From Bacteroidales bacterium (GTDB taxonomy: Bacteria > Bacteroidota > Bacteroidia > Bacteroidales > UBA7960): 64,000 bases of DNA. The DNA lies in contig PWKN01000072.1 in assembly GCA_003559735.1 (NCBI GenBank), positions 18,382 through 82,381 on the forward strand, written 5' to 3'. Positions 59,340-64,000 of the stretch are shown in pieces (positions within the stretch are counted from its first letter, which is position 1; the number at the start of each line of letters is the position of its first letter). The notes beneath the pieces are model-generated. The model ran no database searches. It saw nothing but the letters and a program-made list of their open reading frames with translations, and had not been told where the DNA came from. Both the position numbers and the translations under genes were made by a program.

Positions 59340-60809
59340 ATGAGCAAGATCTTAAGCAATCTGGAACCCAAGGAACTGTGGCGCTATTTTGAAGATATTT
59401 GCGGCATACCCCATCCATCCAAAAAAGAGGCAAAGATTGTCGAATATGTAAAAGGCATTGGCACGAAACTCGGTCTGGAAACAAAAGTAGACCAAACAGG
59501 CAATGTACTGATCAGGAAGCCGGCCACCCCGGGTATGGAACAATGCAAGACGGTGGTTTTGCAGGGACACCTCGACATGGTGCCGCAGAAAAACAACAAA
59601 ACAGAACATGATTTTGAAAAAGATCCCATAAAGCCATATATTGACGGGGAGTGGGTAAAAGCAGACGGCACCACGCTGGGTGCCGATAATGGCATCGGTG
59701 TGGCTGCGGCGTTGGCAGTGCTTGCATCGAATGACACAGAACATGGACCAATAGAAGCCCTTTTTACTGTTGATGAAGAGACAGGCATGACCGGGGCTTT
59801 TGGATTAGAGTCCGGTTTTCTCAGTGGAGAGATACTGATCAATATGGACTCTGAAGATGAAGGTGAGTTGTATATTGGCTGTGCCGGTGGCATTGACACA
59901 AATGCATTTTTCAGTTATTCGGAAGAGCCGGTGCCGGGAAAGCATAAAGCATACCGTCTTGATGTCAAGGGCTTGAAAGGGGGCCATTCGGGTCTGGACA
60001 TTCACCTTGGACGCGGCAATGCCATCAAACTGCTTAACCGGTTGCTTTGGCAGGCGCATCGCGAATCCGGACTCCTCATCTCGTCTGTTGATGGCGGCAG
60101 CCTCAGAAATGCAATTCCCAGGGAAGCATCAGCCATTGTCCTCATCCCGGAAGAACAGGCAGCAGCATTTGAGAAGCTGGGGCAAACAATGTGCACCGAA
60201 TGGAACAATGAACTGGGCAATGCCGATACGGAAGTTCACCTGGAAATTACAGCCACCGGCAATCCACCCGGTGTGATGGATGCAAGTACCACAAAAAACA
60301 TGTTAAATGCCATTTATGCATGTCCCAACGGAGTGATCCGCATGACAAAAGATATGCCGGATGTTGTGGAGACCAGTACAAATCTTGCGGTATTGAAATC
60401 AGGTACCGGTATTGTTGAAGCAGGCTCGTTGCAAAGAAGCTCTGTAGACTCTGCCAGGCAAGACCTCTGCAATATGCTGCGCAGCGTGTTTGAGCTGGGC
60501 GGTGCCAGGGTAGAACAAACCGGTGACTATCCTGGATGGAAGCCAAATGTGGAGTCGCCCATACTCAAAACGATGACCCGTGTTTATGAAGAGATGTATG
60601 GCAAAACACCCGAGCAAAAGGTAATTCATGCCGGACTGGAATGTGGGATTTTGGGGGGTACATATCCAAAACTCGATATGATCTCTTTTGGACCTACCAT
60701 CCGTAATCCCCACTCACCCGACGAAATGGTTAACATCGAAACAGTGAAACGCTTTTACGATTTCCTCACGGAGACCCTGAAGAACATACCGGTGAAAAAC
60801 CACACATAA
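59340..60809 (+). CDS. pepD: aminoacyl-histidine dipeptidase (Xaa-His dipeptidase, M20 family)
   Basis: MSKILSNLEPKELWRYFEDICGIPHPSKKE...LQGHLDMVPQKN...DEETGMTGA...The start is trimmed from the TTG at 59292. Confidence 0.9.
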   Translation: MSKILSNLEPKELWRYFEDICGIPHPSKKEAKIVEYVKGIGTKLGLETKVDQTGNVLIRKPATPGMEQCKTVVLQGHLDMVPQKNNKTEHDFEKDPIKPYIDGEWVKADGTTLGADNGIGVAAALAVLASNDTEHGPIEALFTVDEETGMTGAFGLESGFLSGEILINMDSEDEGELYIGCAGGIDTNAFFSYSEEPVPGKHKAYRLDVKGLKGGHSGLDIHLGRGNAIKLLNRLLWQAHRESGLLISSVDGGSLRNAIPREASAIVLIPEEQAAAFEKLGQTMCTEWNNELGNADTEVHLEITATGNPPGVMDASTTKNMLNAIYACPNGVIRMTKDMPDVVETSTNLAVLKSGTGIVEAGSLQRSSVDSARQDLCNMLRSVFELGGARVEQTGDYPGWKPNVESPILKTMTRVYEEMYGKTPEQKVIHAGLECGILGGTYPKLDMISFGPTIRNPHSPDEMVNIETVKRFYDFLTETLKNIPVKNHT

Positions 60810-60975
60810 TGATCATGATACCGGCCCGGGACATTTTAACCGGCATGAATAAGCCGGCCAGGACGGAATTATACGTTAAAGATTTATAAACAACTAACGA
60901 ATATTTACAAGTTTTGTATATATTCCGGATTTTTCTTACCTTAGCATCTTGTGAAACCATAAAACCAAAAAAGCC

Positions 60976-61863
60976 ATGAACGAAGAAAATAATTCAGGCA
61001 AAAGAAAGCTGCAAATCTGGCTGATCGTCCTGGCAGCAATATTGCTGTTGTCGATCATCGGCAACATCATTTATATGACACGGTCGGGTCGGCTGTCAAG
61101 CGAAAATGAACAGCTGACAGCTCAAAAAGAGGTCATTGAATCGGAAAAAACAATGCTTGAGAAAGCCATTGAAGAAAAGGAAGGCATGATTGAGGATTAC
61201 AAGGCACGCTTAGATTCACTGAACCAAAGGCATGAGGAGCTGATGAAAGAAAAAGACGCACGCATAGCCTATTTGGGACGCAGGGCTGCAGCAAATGCCA
61301 ACGACCTGAAAGAAGCGGAAGAGAAGAACAACAAGCTGGATGGCAAATTGACAGAGCTTGAAAAAGAACTCGAAGAACTCACCGCTGAGCTCAATGACCT
61401 GCAGCAACAATTTGATGCGCTGACACGTGCCCATGAACAAATCACGGAAAAAGCCAAAAAGGCGGAACCCCTGAATGTTTATCACCTCTACATGCTCAAC
61501 AAATGGGACCGCTGGCTCTGTGCCGACCGGTACAATGTTTCCAAAGCCAGGAGAACAGACCATACGTTCATTTGCTTTGAGGTAGATGGCACGGTATTTA
61601 CGAAACCAGGCCCCCGCGAAGTGGTTATGTTGCTGTTTGATCCGGATGGTGAGCTGATGTATGGTTCGGCCGATGTATTCATTATGGAAGAAACCGGCAG
61701 TGAAAGTGCCTACACAAAGAAGCGCACGATCGAATATGACAACGAACCGCTGCATCTTTCGTTTGAGATTGAGCATCCACATCGCCTGCAGGCAGGAACA
61801 TACAGGGTGGAAGTTTACGTGGAAGGCACATTGAAAAGGAGCACCGAAATGCTGCTTGATTGA
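60976..61863 (+). CDS. hypothetical membrane-anchored coiled-coil protein
   Basis: 295 aa with an N-terminal TM helix (IWLIVLAAILLLSIIGNIIYM), ~140 aa of heptad-rich E/K/L sequence, and a ~120-aa beta-rich C-terminal domain. I recognise no family. Confidence 0.6.
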   Translation: MNEENNSGKRKLQIWLIVLAAILLLSIIGNIIYMTRSGRLSSENEQLTAQKEVIESEKTMLEKAIEEKEGMIEDYKARLDSLNQRHEELMKEKDARIAYLGRRAAANANDLKEAEEKNNKLDGKLTELEKELEELTAELNDLQQQFDALTRAHEQITEKAKKAEPLNVYHLYMLNKWDRWLCADRYNVSKARRTDHTFICFEVDGTVFTKPGPREVVMLLFDPDGELMYGSADVFIMEETGSESAYTKKRTIEYDNEPLHLSFEIEHPHRLQAGTYRVEVYVEGTLKRSTEMLLD

Positions 61864-61912
61864 TCTGAAAAAAGTTTTTCTCTGTTTGGCTTGCCATGCC
61901 AAAATCTTTTTC

Positions 61913-61920
61913 TATCTTTG
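61913..61920 (+). promoter_or_regulatory. candidate -7 box TATCTTTG for rpmH
   Basis: TAnnTTTG match 69 nt upstream of the ATG at 61989. Confidence 0.5.
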
Positions 61921-61988
61921 CAGACTCAAAAAACACTGCAGCAGGCAAAGTGCTGAAAAATGATTAATCACGGATAAAAAACAGACGA

Positions 61989-62144
61989 ATGAAAAGGACA
62001 TATCAACCTTCGGTCAGGAGAAGAAAAAACAAGCATGGCTTCAGAAAACGCAGTGCAACAAAGAGAGGCAGGCAGGTATTGGCTGCACGCAGGGCCAAGG
62101 GAAGAAAAAAGTTGTCTGTTTCCTCTGAAAAGACCCACAAGTAA
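61989..62144 (+). CDS. rpmH: 50S ribosomal protein L34
   Basis: It is below the ORF-track cutoff. My translation is [51 protein letters not shown] (51 aa). Confidence 0.9.
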   Translation: MKRTYQPSVRRRKNKHGFRKRSATKRGRQVLAARRAKGRKKLSVSSEKTHK

Positions 62145-62171
62145 TCCTGATCAAAAGGTTAACGGAACATC

Positions 62172-62216
62172 AAAGATGCCGGCACGCGCCAAGACGTTCC
62201 GGCATCTTTTGTTTGC
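62172..62216 (+). terminator. rho-independent terminator after rpmH
   Basis: AAAGATGCCGG-(16 nt)-CCGGCATCTTT followed by TGTTTG. Confidence 0.7.
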
Positions 62217-62255
62217 ACCAGACCACATATAACTGTGCACCAGACCACATATAAC
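62214..62255. repeat. perfect tandem direct repeat, 2 x TGCACCAGACCACATATAAC (period 22 nt)
   Basis: Copies at 62214-62233 and 62236-62255 are separated by TG. They lie between the rpmH terminator and the next ATG. Confidence 0.85.
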
Positions 62256-62263
62256 ATTAAGGG

Positions 62264-63406
62264 ATGACAAAAACCAATTTTTGTATGAAGACCAGACACT
62301 TAGCTTTTATACTGTTACTACTGGGGATGGTTTTGGGGGTGGTTTCCTGCAGACCCCATATGCCGTCCGATAAATATGATCTGCTGTTCCACGAAGGGAA
62401 GAACCACCTGCTCATGATGCACCCGACCGTCCAAAACATTGAACGGATCATCTTTCTTACCGAAACAGGGGTTTTTCCTTTGCCGGAGAATTACCGGATT
62501 ATCGGGGTGTATCATCAGGACGCTGGTTATGATTACAGCAGGTCATCTGAATTCATCCTGCAGGAAGGGCTTAGCGACATCGTTCTCTATGGTGCAGAAC
62601 ACCCTTTGGACATACAATCTCTGTACCGCGAAAATGAGCTTACCGGGATTTTCGGTGAACTTTTTGCCCGTTCCGATGGGGCGGTGTTCCTTGGCGGACC
62701 AGATATTCCGCCCGCCGCTTATGGTGAAGAGCATCATCTGCTGACGGTCGTCACCGATCCCTACAGGCATTACCTTGAATTGTCGTTTCTCTTCCACTTG
62801 ATTGGCGGATCGCAGGACACCACATTTGTTCCATTGCTTGAAAAGGATCCCGGTTATGCCATACTGGGGATTTGCCTTGGACTGCAAACCATGAATGTGG
62901 CTTCGGGCGGCAGCCTGATACAGGATATACCAACAGAAGTATATGGTACCTGCACGGTGGAAGAAGTGGTTTCACTTGATCCGGAAAAACAGCACCGCAA
63001 CTATTACTCATATTACCGGCTCGATCCCGGGGTGTCGACAGCCTCTTACCATCGCATCACCATCGACTCCCCCAGTCACATGGCGGTCATTGCCGGAGAC
63101 ACAGCCATTCAGCCTTTTGTGCTGAGCGCACATCACCAGGCCATCAGAACCATGGGAATAGGCTTCAGGGCCACGGCCTGGTCGACCGATGGCAAGATCG
63201 TGGAAGCGATTGAACATAAAACATACCCAAACGTGATCGGCATCCAGTTTCATCCCGAGGTACCCTATCTCTATGATCCTGACCATACCCTTACATTTCA
63301 TCCGGATATAGAGGGGGACAAGTCATACCTTGATCTGTATCCCGGGGCACTCGGAGCAGATTTCCACCGCAGTTTCTGGGTTCATTTTGCTGGAATGCTT
63401 CCCTGA
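62264..63406 (+). CDS. class I glutamine amidotransferase-like / gamma-glutamyl hydrolase (peptidase C26) family lipoprotein
   Basis: Lipoprotein-type signal (MKTRHLAFILLLLGMVLGVVSC; an alternative start lies at 62285). The catalytic contexts are GICLGLQTMNVASGG, HHQAI and GIQFHPE. Confidence 0.7.
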   Translation: MTKTNFCMKTRHLAFILLLLGMVLGVVSCRPHMPSDKYDLLFHEGKNHLLMMHPTVQNIERIIFLTETGVFPLPENYRIIGVYHQDAGYDYSRSSEFILQEGLSDIVLYGAEHPLDIQSLYRENELTGIFGELFARSDGAVFLGGPDIPPAAYGEEHHLLTVVTDPYRHYLELSFLFHLIGGSQDTTFVPLLEKDPGYAILGICLGLQTMNVASGGSLIQDIPTEVYGTCTVEEVVSLDPEKQHRNYYSYYRLDPGVSTASYHRITIDSPSHMAVIAGDTAIQPFVLSAHHQAIRTMGIGFRATAWSTDGKIVEAIEHKTYPNVIGIQFHPEVPYLYDPDHTLTFHPDIEGDKSYLDLYPGALGADFHRSFWVHFAGMLP

Positions 63407-63504
63407 TCCCATCGTGTGGTCAACAGAATTGTTCTCCCAAACAAATGTGTGGTGCATAAGGTTTTTTCCGGGGTTATCTGGTATTTGCCGTTTTTGGCAG
63501 GAAA

Positions 63505-64000
63505 TTATCTCTTACGACTATTCCGTTTGTCCGACTGTCGCAATAGATACCCTTTCTGTTGTTTTTTCTGCTGGTCGGTCGTTGCGGTAATAATTTTTTT
63601 ACCGGTATACGGATCAATGCCCGTATAATACATGGTGGTAGCCAGTGTCATGGGGGTCGGGGTAAATTCCTGCACCTGTTCGGGTTGAAGTCCGAGGCCC
63701 CTGATCACCTTTGCCATCGTCATCATATCGTTGTCACTGCAACCTGGGTGTCCGGAGATCAGGTAGGGCACCATCTGCCAGGGCAGTCCCTCGTCCTGGC
63801 AAATCTGCCTGAACATACGGTAAAAACGTTCAAAACTCCTGAACGGCGGCTTACGCATCATTTTGAGCACCGCGGGTTGTGTATGCTCAGGAGCCAGCTT
63901 CAACCGTCCGGATACATGGTGTTTGATCAGCCGCTGCATATAGTTATGGAGTCCGTATCTGGTGACGGCTGATGCAGGCTGGTCAACCAGCATATCATGC
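63505..64000 (-). CDS. YgiQ family radical SAM protein, C-terminal part (N-terminus beyond window end)
   Basis: ...VPYLISGHPGCSDNDMMTMAKVIRGLGLQPEQVQEFTPTPMTLATTMYYTGIDPYTGKKI... plus a basic tail. The frame remains open to the window edge. Confidence 0.75.
   Translation of the reverse strand, partial: HDMLVDQPASAVTRYGLHNYMQRLIKHHVSGRLKLAPEHTQPAVLKMMRKPPFRSFERFYRMFRQICQDEGLPWQMVPYLISGHPGCSDNDMMTMAKVIRGLGLQPEQVQEFTPTPMTLATTMYYTGIDPYTGKKIITATTDQQKKQQKGYLLRQSDKRNSRKR

Noticed and set aside
61216-61902. 228-aa minus-strand ORF opposite the coiled-coil gene
   Set aside because: It is the mirror image of E/K/L-rich codons, giving an F/L/Q-rich product. It has no signal, TM or domain logic, and no promoter box upstream. 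The plus-strand reading is more coherent, though only strand-specific data would settle it.
62035-62232. 65-aa plus-strand ORF after the coiled-coil gene
   Set aside because: It overlaps the 51-aa L34 (rpmH) reading frame out of frame, and L34 is unmistakable.

Overview
This 64-kb window looks like a chromosomal segment from a Bacteroidota genome, probably an anaerobe. The lineage call rests on ~288-aa RpoD-type sigma factors, a T9SS type-B cargo gene with a PorP/SprF partner, a long-form YidC, a DUF4295 gene after rpmG, and TAnnTTTG -7 boxes 20-70 nt upstream of many starts. The anaerobe inference rests on hydE/hydF, a flavodiiron protein and an ADP-forming acetyl-CoA synthetase.

I call about 51 protein-coding genes, and most are housekeeping:
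- argR-argG-argH-carA-carB
- rpsO-pnp
- rpoD, rpe, pyrG, yidC, purB, pyrD, dapF, mltG
- rimO-ftsY-DUF4295-rpmG
- slyD, nth, bcp, pepD, rpmH

I found no rRNA, tRNA, CRISPR array, transposase, integrase or recognisable defence system. I also found no convincing multi-gene novel system, and I say so plainly.

The parts that deserve a second look are:
1. A 1685-aa T9SS cargo protein built from three ~350-aa modules that I cannot name, with a patch of near-identical DNA between modules 1 and 2.
2. Two full-length RpoD-type sigma paralogues 15 kb apart.
3. A 35-nt A-poor intergenic repeat, whose TAGTGTCTGTC core recurs at or just after stop codons.
4. Tandem ARG-box-like operators on the argR promoter.
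5. A flavodiiron gene apparently co-transcribed with hydF-hydE.
6. An AT-rich patch carrying an orphan secreted peptide and a 5'-truncated PsiE-like gene.
7. A 460-nt spacer upstream of dapF that nothing explains.

Gene calls come from by-eye recognition of the translated ORFs. Coordinates of small motifs were read by hand against ORF-track anchors and could be off by 1-2 nt.
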